Assembly (NCBI RefSeq): GCF_035084215.1
Contig: NC_090333.1
Coordinates: 60,140,001 to 60,204,000 of the forward strand
DNA: 64,000 nt
From: Heptranchias perlo
Taxonomy: Eukaryota
Reading direction: 5' to 3'
Positions 55,401-63,551 of this stretch are shown piece by piece; within the stretch, counting starts at the first letter, position 1; each line of letters opens with the position of its first letter. The notes below the pieces were generated by a model, which saw only the letters and a program-made list of their open reading frames with translations, searched no databases and was not told the origin of the DNA. Both the position numbers and the translations under genes were made by a program.

Positions 55401-58400
55401 TGCTGCCACATTCATAGTCAATGTCTCTCCACATTCTACCTCTTTCACTTCATAGCTTGTGTTAGTTGTGTTGTATGAAGATTTGTAACTATCACCTCCT
55501 TTAGCTGTGACAATGTATGACTCTGCTCCTTTACTCTGGTCCCAGTGCAATGAGATAATGTTATTAGCACAATCCAGATCAGCTTTAGCAGATTGAGGGG
55601 GGCAAGGGACTGGAGAGAAAATTAATAAAAAATGTTAAAAACAAAACACATTATCTCTCATTTCAACACTGATGTACTTAATTCCCTGTTCACATTTAAT
55701 TCAAGGATTTTGCTTACTGGTTTGTGTAATGGTAATAAACTATAATGTCTAAAATAGGTCATCGAAATGTTTAAAAAATGAAGACTCTGTGTGAAATAAA
55801 TTGAGTTTTCTTTAAATTGCAATTTCTGAAATCACAGGCAATGAGGAATGTCACAATATCAAAATAACAGTTGAAATTCTGACCCTGCACATTTGATTTG
55901 CACATCGAGCAAATGTTCGGATAATTAGAGGGTTAGTACTTTAATTGTGGGAATAGGCCTTGTGTGCACTGTTTGCTGAACTTCCATGTAGTAAAAATGT
56001 GCTGTAATTTATTTCACATATTTACCTTGTGAAGATCATTACATGGTTTGTAAGTACAGCTACAGCATTTGGAGAACTGAAGGAATTCAGTTCCAATTAT
56101 GTGACTCGGGCTTCAGGAATCTTTGGTCGGCTACAAGTTTGGCTGAGTTGCTTATCAACCAAATACCAACAATAAGGCAATAACTCATGTCTTTTCTCCT
56201 GTGAATCCAGACATTGTCAAGAACACTCAGGCTTGTTTCCTTTGGACCAGTATTGCAGATTAATTACTGGGTAGAGTGCAATAGAGATTTTAATACAAGA
56301 ATACAAGTTGTTAGATTATCTATGATAATGGACATGACCGACGGTTCAAAACAATAAGACAGTAGACAAGATAAATGATGCCAAGATTGGATTTTAAAAA
56401 CACACAGATTTTAGGAGAAGAGAGAGACTGACCGGGATAAAAAGGTCCACAGTTTAATGTTGCTGGGAAAGAATGAGTTAGAGGGGGAGACAGTTCAGAA
56501 TGCAGGAAGGAGAAAGAGCAGTGGGATGGTGCCTTAGGAGGAATGAGAAAAGAAAGTTTAGAGGAGCAACAATAATAGTACTAATAAAATCAAGGCAGAT
56601 TCTTCAACAAGATCTAGATTATTGGGTTGAAAAGGAGATTTGCAGAAGTTTTGAGAAACAACTTTTACAGGAACCAGAAATGGCAAGACGACAGCAGATG
56701 ACACTTCTTTTCAATAAAGTTATGTCTATTAGCTCAATCAGTGGATTTTAAGGATTAATGAGGAGACAAAGTTGCTTTGGGATATTTCAGACTTATCGAA
56801 AAGAAAAGTGGCAGGAGGAGCATAAGCACTGACTGAATGGCTCATTTCTGTGCTGTAAATTCCGTTTAATTCTATGTAAAAGACAGCAGAACTGCAGGGA
56901 TGACTGAACCAAGATGGAGTGCTATGGTCTGGAAAGAGTTAAGTATGAAACTTTCCACGCCAGTTAGAGTGACATTAGTCACTTCATTGACATGAACAGA
57001 AGAATCACAGGAATAAATGCCAATTTGGATTAGGGAAATAATATAAACATATTGGGCTAGATTTTGCTGTAAAAATAATGGTGAGCTATTCATGTGCAAA
57101 TCGGACAGTAACTTCCGACGACCGCATATGCGCAGTTAAACGCGGAAATCCGGGAGTTCTTTCCGAGATGCATTCTCCCTCCGTAAGCTGCATGAAAACG
57201 GCATCTCACGGTCTGGCTCCCCATTTAATTGAATGGCGTGAAGTTTCTGTACTGACCTGATAGATACGAACTAAAATCGTCAACAAAAGTTACATCTAGT
57301 CATTTCAAGTCTAAGTATCCATTTAACGGTGTGGTAAGTCTTAATTACTGCCAAACAACCTCTCTGGCACTGAAAATTAGCTTTAACAAGTGTGGAGCCT
57401 CATTCCTTCAGATTTTAATTATTATTGGACATTTAAAAAAAAAATTAAATAATTTTTTTTGTTACTTTTTCTTTCTGTCTCTTTTATCTCTGTCTCTTGA
57501 TTCAATCTTTTTTAGCCTCTCTATTTTGCTTTCTGTACCTGATTTGACATTGAATTCACAATTCTAATCTACACTTCCTGGTTCAATCTCTGTTCAATCT
57601 CTGTGCTGCTAGTAACGATTCTTCAATCTGATTGGTTAAGGAGATACACAGCTGCTTGCCCTGTTCACACAGGTCCCACATGCCCTGTAGAGGGCGCCGC
57701 GCTGAACGGCTGTCTAATTTCCAGGAACTTGCCGTGCAAAAGCTCATAGAAAGTCTATGGGCAAGTGCAAGTCTAACGAACAGCTGGTGTCCTTCGTTCG
57801 CCGCTCAAAGCAAAATCCGGCCCATTACAGTAATAAAGCACTATGACAAATCATTTGATTGAACATCCTCAAAATTACAGTTAATATGCCATTAACTGGC
57901 ATTTCCTTTGTTGAATTTGTAAGATTCACAGAATACATGAGTACTGTGGTGCCAGTAACTCCAGAAGATCAAAATATTAGGCAGGCTATTTGTTTGAAAT
58001 GTTAGAAGGCTGGTCCTCGGGTATAGGAGTACTGTCCTACCTAGTTCTCACATGGAGATCATGGCTTTGTAAGCAACGACACAGGCAGCAGAGAATTACG
58101 ATTATGTGACTCAAGCTTCAAAGCAATTTTGGCTGACTACAAAATTTAGTGAAGTGTTTGTCCAGGTGGGTACCACCGATAATAAGATTCGTCATTTCTT
58201 TTGGAGAATGCTACCCCATAACTGAGAAAATATTGTCAGTCGTATTCATGCAGCTTTGGGAAATGTTAGCTCCGTTATCCAGGACCTCTTTAATACACCA
58301 AGCCATGTTTCCATTGGATCACTGGAAGTGTAACAGGTTAAAGAGGATACAGAAATACCATGCATTCCTGTAGCTTTGTCAGACCAAAGATATCAGCAAC

Positions 58401-61400
58401 ATAAAGAGTAACTCCAGCTGTGGACTCTCTAACAAGAGTTATGCAATTTATCCTGCATTATGCACAGAGACCCATTTATTCAAGAGCATAAGTTAAAAAC
58501 ACATAGCATTTAAATACTGCCTGTGGAATGCAACACTTCATTTGTTAAGGTGTCACAAAATGCTTTATGGAAATGAGTGTTACCTGCATGTACATTCACC
58601 ACTGCACTCTGGGGACTTTTACAGATATTGTCTGTTGCTAGAACAGAGATTGTATAATATTCACCACACTGTAGGTGTGGGATTTGAGCCTTTGTATCAC
58701 TTGTATTGAATAAAGCTGTGACTCTTTGACTATCTCGGGCAGTCACAGTGTATAACTTTGCTCCATCGGTGTCATCCCACGAGAAGGAGACCGCGTTCGA
58801 ATCACAGTTCAGCTCAGCTGTTAGATTCTCAGGAATGCACGGTGCTAGTTAGAAAATATAAATAAATATCAATCCTCTCTCTGTCCTGTAAGTATAATAA
58901 CAAATGAATGTAAAACTATTTCCATAGTGGATATTATTTAAGGAGAAATAGCATTACCGGTTTGGATTTGGACAGAGGTACTTGCAATGTCATTCCAGCC
59001 ATAACTCAATGTTGTTATGGTTATTGTATAGGGCTGTCCACAATGTAAATCCAACATTTCATGGCGTGTCTCTGTTGTGTTGTGTGTGTGTGTATGTCCG
59101 TCACTTCCTTCTGCAGTTACACCGTATGAAATCGCCCCATTAATCCGTCCCCATGACACTACTACTCGATTAGAATTACAGTCCACATTCGCAATTATTT
59201 CCTCTGGGGCGCACGGTGCTGTGTAAAAGGAAAAGTATAATTTCATGAATACCTGAAGAGATACTATGATAAAATATATTGACAAATAAATGGAATACAT
59301 CATGCTGATCACATAATTAAAATAAAATGATAATCACTTTGACTTTGAACAAACTATCCACTCATTTCATTATTCAGTGCCAGAGGACTATTTTGCTGGT
59401 GTGTGAAACCCTTTTTGAATCTAAACATCTCTATTGAGCTTTCCACATTGTTAAGGAACTGTGGCCATGAGGATAGGTAGGTAGGTCTCTATCAATGCCA
59501 CATAAAATGGCATTCAGTAGAGAATATCCCAGTGATAACCATCTCTTCAATTTTCCCTCCTCCCACCACAATGAGGAAAAAGGCCAGCATCGTCTTAGCA
59601 TCTCCCTACAGTGATGTGGGCAAGATTGTAAATTCAGAAAATTATGGGCAGGCATCCATATCCCACCACATCACAGTTGGTGTACCAGCTCAGTGCATCA
59701 TTGCACTGACTGTCCCTGGATTCTGAATACTAAACACTCTGCATCATCTCATGAAATAATCTCATTAGCCAGCCCAGTTTGGAAACAAAGATATATGTAA
59801 TAGTAGCATTGTCATTACATCATCTTGTTTGATGATCAGCAGTACTATTAAAATATTAGTTCAAACTAGGGAAATACTGACAATATCACTTGGGAAAAGT
59901 TCAGACAAAAGCAATAGCATCTGCTGCCACAGCTACTATTCATCCGAGTGAAGTCTCTGTTCGAGCTGCTCCCAACTTTCCCAGGAGGAGTCTGCTCAAA
60001 CATTTTCTGAACATAATTTGAATTTCAGGAGCTGTATCATTATGTCTTTTAGATCCAGCACACAAGAAGCACTCATACTCCTTTGGTTATGGTTATAACT
60101 GTTACTTATGAAGAGGACTTGACGGAATAAAGAACATCATCCCTCTAACAGCTGCTAGAAGTCTAACAGAAACCAACTTTGGTAAGTTTGGTCTAGTTCT
60201 CATTGGAATTCTCAAGATAAAAGTGCTTTAAAGTTTATATTAAGTAATAAGTCCACACTCACACTCCAAAACATTATATTCATAAAATGTAGCGAATAGA
60301 AAGGTTAATTATTCTGCAACATTTTACATAATGCACTCACGCAATACAACTCTCTTAAAAAATCTCTATTAGTCCACAGCCTTTCATATAAAAGCTATTA
60401 CCTTCTCAGTAACAGAGAATCCATCTTTACCAGCTCCTCATAAGCCATTCCTCTTTTTTACAGGCTTTCAAAGGACTCAAAAATAGCATTCTACAAACGA
60501 TGCAATGTAAGATGTAAGATGTTACAAGCATTAAAAGTAATATGTAATTCATTACCTGTCCCAATATCATAACTGGAACTTTGTTTGCTGTTGCAATTAT
60601 CATCAAAGGCTTGTGCGGTGATGGTATACGTTTGACTACAGTGAAGAGCTGGGATCTGACAATTTATTTCAGACGTGGTACAGGTGGTGGTGTGTCCATC
60701 ACTCCCCTCTGCTGTTACTGTATATGATACTGTGCGATTACTCAGCTCCCATGATATCAAGGCAGTATTATTCTCAATATAGGCTTCCACATTCTGAGGG
60801 GGACATGGCACTTGGTTGGGAAAAAAAACAGAAAAATAAATGTCATGAGTTGTGTCATCAGTGTACAGAAGTTCTAATGAAGTACTCTGAAGACAAAGTC
60901 AGAATAAACAACAAATGGTGAGCACCTTACTGGCTCTAGAGTTTTGAGATCCCATTTAGAGGGATTTCATTTGAATCCTAACATGGACTGTGAAGTGAAT
61001 TTGATTCATGGGGCCCTTCACTAGTTTCTGAACCAGCTACTTTTACTGGTTAACTGGTAGCACTACATTTGAAAAGCGGGGGAGGTAATGGGACAAGTTA
61101 AGAAACAAAAGATGGGTCTAAGAGAGCTGTAAATGGCAACAGCAGAAGCATTACCAGCAGCTGCAGTCCCACACAAAATAAAATTGGGAGCAGTGGTTAT
61201 GATCTGAAGTTATTGAAATCAATTTTGAGTCTGGAAGGTTGTAAAGAGCCTAATTGAAAGATGAGGTGGGCTGTTCCTCATGCTTCTGTTGAGCTTCATT
61301 GGAACAGTGTAAGAGGCCGAGGACAGAGAGGTCAGAGTAGGAGTGGGATGTGGAATTAAAATGACAAGCGATTGGCAGGTCAGGGGCATGCTTGCGGACT

Positions 61401-63551
61401 GAGCGGAGGTGTTCAGCAAAGCGATAACCCGATCTGCATTTGGTCTCTCCAATGTTGAGGAGATCGCATTGTGAGCAGCAAATACAGTATATTAAATTGA
61501 AAGAAATACAAGTAAACCACTGTTTCACCTGGAAGAAGTGTTGGGGCCCTGGATGATGGGAAGGGAGGAGGTGAAAGGGCAGGTGTTGCATCTCTTGTGC
61601 TCACACGGGAAGGTGCCGTGGGGAGGAAAGCGGGTGTTGGGGGTGATGGAAGAGTGGACTAGGGTGTCGCGGACGGAGCAGTCCTTTCAGAATGCTGAAA
61701 GGTGAGGGGAGGGGAAGATGTGTTTGGTGGTAGGATCGCGCTGGAGGTGGCAGAAATGGCGGAGGATGATGCATTGAATGTGGTGGCAGGGGGGGTGGAA
61801 GGTGAGGACAAGGGGAACCCTATCATGGTTCTGGAAGGGAGGGGAAGGGGTGAGGGCAGAAGTGCGGGAAATGGGACGGACACAGTCGAGGGCCCTGTCA
61901 ACTACAGCAAATAATACAAAACAGGCTCAAGAGACAACTAGCTATGTTTCTGGTAGAAAAGAGGATAAACAATTATCACAAGATGGCAAAGATCAATCAA
62001 AAAAGGTGAGGGGTTTGTTGGACCAAATGGCCTTTTCCTGTTCCCAAAATGTTCTTTATTGTTATCTTTACATGTTATTGTTTTCTTACATTTTCTACAT
62101 CCCTTCCAATATATCTTCATTGCTTTTTTTATTCCTTTATCTCTCTCTATGGTTCCAAATCTCTAACTTTCTTTCTCTTATCAGTATTGACTTTTTCTGA
62201 CCTCCCCCCTCTCTATATCTTTCCAACTGTCTGTGTTCCTCTTAGTATCTTTGACCATTATCGATCTGCCAATATTCTGTCACATCTTTGATGAATTTAA
62301 TCACAGGACATGTTTCTCAGTGACCAAAAAAAAGCCACAATATTGGAATGATGACCAGTTATAATGCTATCCTTAAAATCTCATCTCTATTTGAGCAAAA
62401 CTGTTACTCAGAATTGTTTGTAATTAAAACAATATCAGAACTCTATATGATTCAAAGGAAGGCCTTTGGGAATCAGTATGGATTTTTGTTCTGCATCCAC
62501 CTTGTTCTTCTTATTGGTCCTCACAGCACATCACTGACATATTGGGGTAGATCTTCGTCTTTACCTGGGCGTTAAGCATCACCTGGGCAAAGCGCAGATA
62601 GGAAAGTCTGGTGGTGAGGATAACCGATCGGTAACAGAACCGGCCTGATTTTCCTTTCGTTGAAATTGATGCTCAGGGGTAAAGATGGGAATCTAGCCCA
62701 CTGTTAGTGAAAGAAGTGGAAACTCAGGCATGTGTCAGGTGACACTTGAATGATTAATTAGAGTAACTGAGATGGTAAAACATAAGCGTGTGGAAGATGA
62801 ACATGTACTGTTCTATAAACAATTTTGCGGTGGTGCTGAAATATTTGTGAAGTTCAGGAAATTAATCTCCCATGTGGATTGCAAGACAGTGAGTCTAATT
62901 TTAGGGCAGTTGCTTTCTCACTCCCCCATCTAATCATTCCACACTGCTTCCCCTGACCCATCTGAATAATTCAACCTCCAGTGATAAGGTTGGAGCCTGA
63001 TGCCAATCCTTGCGCTACTCTGAATTATTTCACTAGATTCTAAACCTGTATGTGTCCAAAATTAAGAAATTACAAAAATGTAAATAATAAACAGAAGTAG
63101 CTTAGTGATTAGCAATTTACACTATTAACCAAAATAATTTTGAAGCTAATAATTGTGCCCTTCGCATCATGGATTACTTGACTCAATAGCATTTATTTTT
63201 GCATAAAGCACAAATAAACACTGCAACTTACCCTTAACTTATTTAGATTTTCATTATTTTAATAGTCAAATTGGCTTTGAAATTAAATACCTGAATGAAT
63301 TTCCAACCCCGAAGTGTGTAAGCTGCTGCAGTGACCAGCCTGTGCCACTATAGTCACTGAATAATCCTCTCCACATGGGAGATCGGAGATTGCACAGCTC
63401 GAGTCTGTTGTGTTGCATGACAGTCTGTCTCCACTTTTCATCTCCAAAAACGCAATGTATGAATCAGCTCCATCACTTTTCATCCACTCCAATGATGCCA
63501 GATCCAAAGCACAATCCACACGAGCATTAACAAGTACCGGAGCACAGGGAA
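1234..63551 (-). CDS. FNDC7: Large multi-exon FNDC7-like (fndc7-related) extracellular protein with tandem Cys-rich FN3 domains; 41 exons in window, gene incomplete at both ends
   Basis: Each exon translates to the pattern xPCxPxNV..DC...VSW...GA..Y...AEG..G...C......C....L.CG..Y.I.V.A....C.S..S.....T/G that I recognise as FNDC7-type FN3. All have canonical AG/GT sites and phase 1-1. Family assignment only: strict orthology to FNDC7 is not established. Confidence 0.8.
2630..2890 (-). CDS. FN3 exon type T3 ([14 protein letters not shown]...), unit U4
   Basis: 261 nt, AG/GT, phase 1-1, open frame. Confidence 0.92.
3004..3264 (-). CDS. FN3 exon type T2 ([14 protein letters not shown]...), unit U4
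   Basis: 261 nt, AG/GT, phase 1-1, open frame. Confidence 0.92.
3920..4298 (+). mobile_element. DeuSINE (SacSINE1/AmnSINE1-like); paralogous copies at about 16350-16728, 27830-28167, 44262-44680
   Basis: Recognisable Deu-domain and tail (cttgctgtgtgtaaattggctgc...cacttcaaaagta...tatataaatgcag..tctttctttc); tRNA-like A box tggctcagttgg in the 44.27 kb copy. Confidence 0.7.
4307..4561 (-). CDS. FN3 exon type T1 ([12 protein letters not shown]...), unit U4
   Basis: 255 nt, AG/GT, phase 1-1, open frame. Confidence 0.92.
5457..6890 (+). mobile_element. 5'-truncated Penelope-like element (RT C-terminus plus GIY-YIG endonuclease, pLTR)
   Basis: [18 protein letters not shown] region and [23 protein letters not shown] motif; 12-bp TSD tgcagttataca at 5445-5456 and 6891-6902. 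Confidence 0.92.
6764..6800 (+). ncRNA. Minimal type I hammerhead ribozyme motif in the Penelope pLTR
   Basis: tcac-CTGACGA-a-gggga(taa)tctcc-GAAA-gct-t-gtga: stem I tcac/gtga, stem II hairpin, palindromic AGCT helix III. Confidence 0.7.
7619..7879 (-). CDS. FN3 exon type T9 ([14 protein letters not shown]...), unit U3
   Basis: 261 nt, AG/GT, phase 1-1, open frame. Confidence 0.92.
9428..9688 (-). CDS. FN3 exon type T8 ([14 protein letters not shown]...), unit U3
   Basis: 261 nt, AG/GT, phase 1-1, open frame. Confidence 0.92.
9891..10145 (-). CDS. FN3 exon type T7 ([14 protein letters not shown]...), unit U3
   Basis: 255 nt, AG/GT, phase 1-1, open frame. Confidence 0.92.
10263..10523 (-). 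CDS. FN3 exon type T6 ([14 protein letters not shown]...), unit U3
   Basis: 261 nt, AG/GT, phase 1-1, open frame. Confidence 0.92.
10811..11071 (-). CDS. FN3 exon type T5 ([14 protein letters not shown]...), unit U3
   Basis: 261 nt, AG/GT, phase 1-1, open frame. Confidence 0.92.
12739..12999 (-). CDS. FN3 exon type T4, unit U3
   Basis: 261 nt, AG/GT, phase 1-1, open frame. Confidence 0.92.
13968..14130 (-). mobile_element. CR1 3'-end fragment
   Basis: (acataaga)n tail followed by ataggagcaggagtaggcc 3' UTR motif. Confidence 0.65.
14285..14825 (+). mobile_element. CR1 fragments (ORF2 middle joined to 3' UTR)
   Basis: [28 protein letters not shown] peptide; 14578-14825 nearly repeats 7240-7485. 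Confidence 0.8.
15014..15274 (-). CDS. FN3 exon type T3, unit U3
   Basis: 261 nt, AG/GT, phase 1-1, open frame. Confidence 0.92.
15388..15648 (-). CDS. FN3 exon type T2, unit U3
   Basis: 261 nt, AG/GT, phase 1-1, open frame. Confidence 0.92.
16737..16991 (-). CDS. FN3 exon type T1, unit U3
   Basis: 255 nt, AG/GT, phase 1-1, open frame. Confidence 0.92.
17513..17773 (-). CDS. FN3 exon type T9, unit U2
   Basis: 261 nt, AG/GT, phase 1-1, open frame. Confidence 0.92.
17991..20012 (-). mobile_element. CR1 LINE, 5' part deleted; same insertion as 29424-33125
   Basis: RT-region ORFs 18434-18961 and 19817-20017; same left junction as the U1 copy. Confidence 0.85.
18994..19218 (+). mobile_element. 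Short CR1 3'-end insertion nested in the CR1
   Basis: (TTCTATGA)n tail; the paralogous site at about 30465 is empty. Confidence 0.7.
20118..21350 (-). mobile_element. 5'-truncated non-LTR retrotransposon (RT), clade unassigned
   Basis: [18 protein letters not shown] and FADD motifs (ORFs 21245-21592, 20510-21244); A-rich 3' end; empty site in U3 (about 8460) and U1 (about 33490). Confidence 0.85.
22327..22587 (-). CDS. FN3 exon type T8, unit U2
   Basis: 261 nt, AG/GT, phase 1-1, open frame. Confidence 0.92.
22790..23044 (-). CDS. FN3 exon type T7, unit U2
   Basis: 255 nt, AG/GT, phase 1-1, open frame. Confidence 0.92.
23187..23447 (-). CDS. FN3 exon type T6, unit U2
   Basis: 261 nt, AG/GT, phase 1-1, open frame. 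Confidence 0.92.
23786..24046 (-). CDS. FN3 exon type T5, unit U2
   Basis: 261 nt, AG/GT, phase 1-1, open frame. Confidence 0.92.
25651..25911 (-). CDS. FN3 exon type T4, unit U2
   Basis: 261 nt, AG/GT, phase 1-1, open frame. Confidence 0.92.
26498..26758 (-). CDS. FN3 exon type T3, unit U2
   Basis: 261 nt, AG/GT, phase 1-1, open frame. Confidence 0.92.
26872..27132 (-). CDS. FN3 exon type T2, unit U2
   Basis: 261 nt, AG/GT, phase 1-1, open frame. Confidence 0.92.
28175..28429 (-). CDS. FN3 exon type T1, unit U2
   Basis: 255 nt, AG/GT, phase 1-1, open frame. Confidence 0.92.
28946..29206 (-). CDS. FN3 exon type T9, unit U1
   Basis: 261 nt, AG/GT, phase 1-1, open frame. Confidence 0.92.
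29424..33125 (-). mobile_element. Near full-length degenerate CR1 LINE (ORF1 SGNH esterase, ORF2 APE endonuclease and RT)
   Basis: ORF1 HVGTND..DGLH (32465-33052); APE (31833-32141); RT GVPQG/SKFAD (30092-30439); multiple stops and frameshifts. Confidence 0.9.
32203..32297 (-). mobile_element. Solo Penelope pLTR fragment containing a minimal hammerhead motif (32256-32292)
   Basis: Reverse-complement match to about 6760-6855; direct repeat ttgtttttaaca at 32191-32202 and 32298-32309. Confidence 0.8.
33739..36652 (+). mobile_element. Decayed PIF/Harbinger DNA transposon with a Myb/SANT-like gene
   Basis: ORF 33998-34192 ([34 protein letters not shown]) resembles the Harbinger Myb/SANT protein; ATT duplication at 33736-33738 and 36653-36655; empty site gacccattgtttat in U2 and U3. 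Confidence 0.75.
37377..37637 (-). CDS. FN3 exon type T8, unit U1
   Basis: 261 nt, AG/GT, phase 1-1, open frame. Confidence 0.92.
37840..38094 (-). CDS. FN3 exon type T7, unit U1
   Basis: 255 nt, AG/GT, phase 1-1, open frame. Confidence 0.92.
38237..38497 (-). CDS. FN3 exon type T6, unit U1
   Basis: 261 nt, AG/GT, phase 1-1, open frame. Confidence 0.92.
39869..40129 (-). CDS. FN3 exon type T5, unit U1
   Basis: 261 nt, AG/GT, phase 1-1, open frame. Confidence 0.92.
41416..41676 (-). CDS. FN3 exon type T4 (VACDPQNV...), unit U1
   Basis: 261 nt, AG/GT, phase 1-1, open frame. Confidence 0.92.
42226..42486 (-). CDS. FN3 exon type T3, unit U1
   Basis: 261 nt, AG/GT, phase 1-1, open frame. Confidence 0.92.
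42600..42860 (-). CDS. FN3 exon type T2, unit U1
   Basis: 261 nt, AG/GT, phase 1-1, open frame. Confidence 0.92.
44687..44941 (-). CDS. FN3 exon type T1, unit U1
   Basis: 255 nt, AG/GT, phase 1-1, open frame. Confidence 0.92.
46856..47116 (-). CDS. FN3 exon type T9, unit U0
   Basis: 261 nt, AG/GT, phase 1-1, open frame ([14 protein letters not shown]...). Confidence 0.92.
47393..47502 (-). pseudogene. Probable decayed FN3 pseudo-exon (homologues start at 33352 and 8325)
   Basis: tttgttcctctgtatcAG followed by APCI..(frameshift)..[10 protein letters not shown]; contains stops and frameshifts. Confidence 0.45.
48265..48465 (+). mobile_element. CR1 3'-end fragment
   Basis: tggaatgcactgcc..ttcaaaaaggaattggataaatacttg..ggctgaatgggctccttctgtgctgtatgattc. 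Confidence 0.6.
48851..49105 (-). CDS. FN3 exon type T7, unit U0
   Basis: 255 nt, AG/GT, phase 1-1, open frame. Confidence 0.92.
49253..49513 (-). CDS. FN3 exon type T6, unit U0
   Basis: 261 nt, AG/GT (donor GTGATT rather than GTAATT), phase 1-1, open frame. Confidence 0.9.
49843..50103 (-). CDS. FN3 exon type T5, unit U0
   Basis: 261 nt, AG/GT, phase 1-1, open frame. Confidence 0.92.
50485..51865 (+). mobile_element. Degenerate CR1 LINE (RT to 3' UTR)
   Basis: Decayed RT motifs and ggctaaatggcctccttctgt..ttctatg 3' end; longer relative of the T4-T5 intron CR1 fragments in U1-U4. Confidence 0.75.
52369..52629 (-). CDS. FN3 exon type T4, unit U0
   Basis: 261 nt, AG/GT, phase 1-1, open frame. 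Confidence 0.92.
53005..54172 (-). mobile_element. 5'-truncated CR1 LINE
   Basis: ORFs 53969-54175, 53333-53902 and 53140-53448 carry CR1 RT C-terminal motifs; (catagaat)n tail. Confidence 0.85.
54328..55304. mobile_element. Non-autonomous Harbinger-like element (MITE) with G-rich interior
   Basis: Imperfect TIRs gggctcaattttgaaatgg / ccatttgaaaatcggggtc, TTT duplication; right subterminal region 55115-55280 homologous to 36464-36630. Confidence 0.7.
55349..55609 (-). CDS. FN3 exon, single-copy type ([17 protein letters not shown]...), between T3 and T4 of U0
   Basis: 261 nt, AG/GT, phase 1-1, open frame; no counterpart seen in U1-U4. Confidence 0.9.
57054..57823. mobile_element. MITE (Harbinger-type)
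   Basis: 15-bp TIR gggctagattttgct / agcaaaatccggccc flanked by ATT duplication. Confidence 0.75.
58584..58844 (-). CDS. FN3 exon type T3, unit U0
   Basis: 261 nt, AG/GT, phase 1-1, open frame. Confidence 0.92.
58958..59218 (-). CDS. FN3 exon type T2 (diverged copy), unit U0
   Basis: 261 nt, AG/GT, phase 1-1, open frame ([14 protein letters not shown]...). Confidence 0.92.
60556..60810 (-). CDS. FN3 exon type T1 (diverged copy), unit U0
   Basis: 255 nt, AG/GT, phase 1-1, open frame ([15 protein letters not shown]...). Confidence 0.92.
61215..61900 (-). mobile_element. Degenerate Penelope-like element fragment (GIY-YIG)
   Basis: ORF 61250-61591 [32 protein letters not shown]. Confidence 0.8.
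62544..62699. mobile_element. Short MITE
   Basis: Imperfect TIR ggggtagatcttcgtctttacc / ggtaaagatgggaatctagccc; att/act flanks. Confidence 0.55.
63291..63551 (-). CDS. FN3 exon, single-copy type ([17 protein letters not shown]...)
   Basis: 261 nt, AG/GT, phase 1-1, open frame. Confidence 0.9.

Noticed and set aside
56872-57099. Possible additional exon in the U0 intron between T3 and the single-copy exon
   Set aside because: No FN3 Trp/Tyr/Cys pattern and no convincing splice-site pair; the ORF start overlaps a MITE end.
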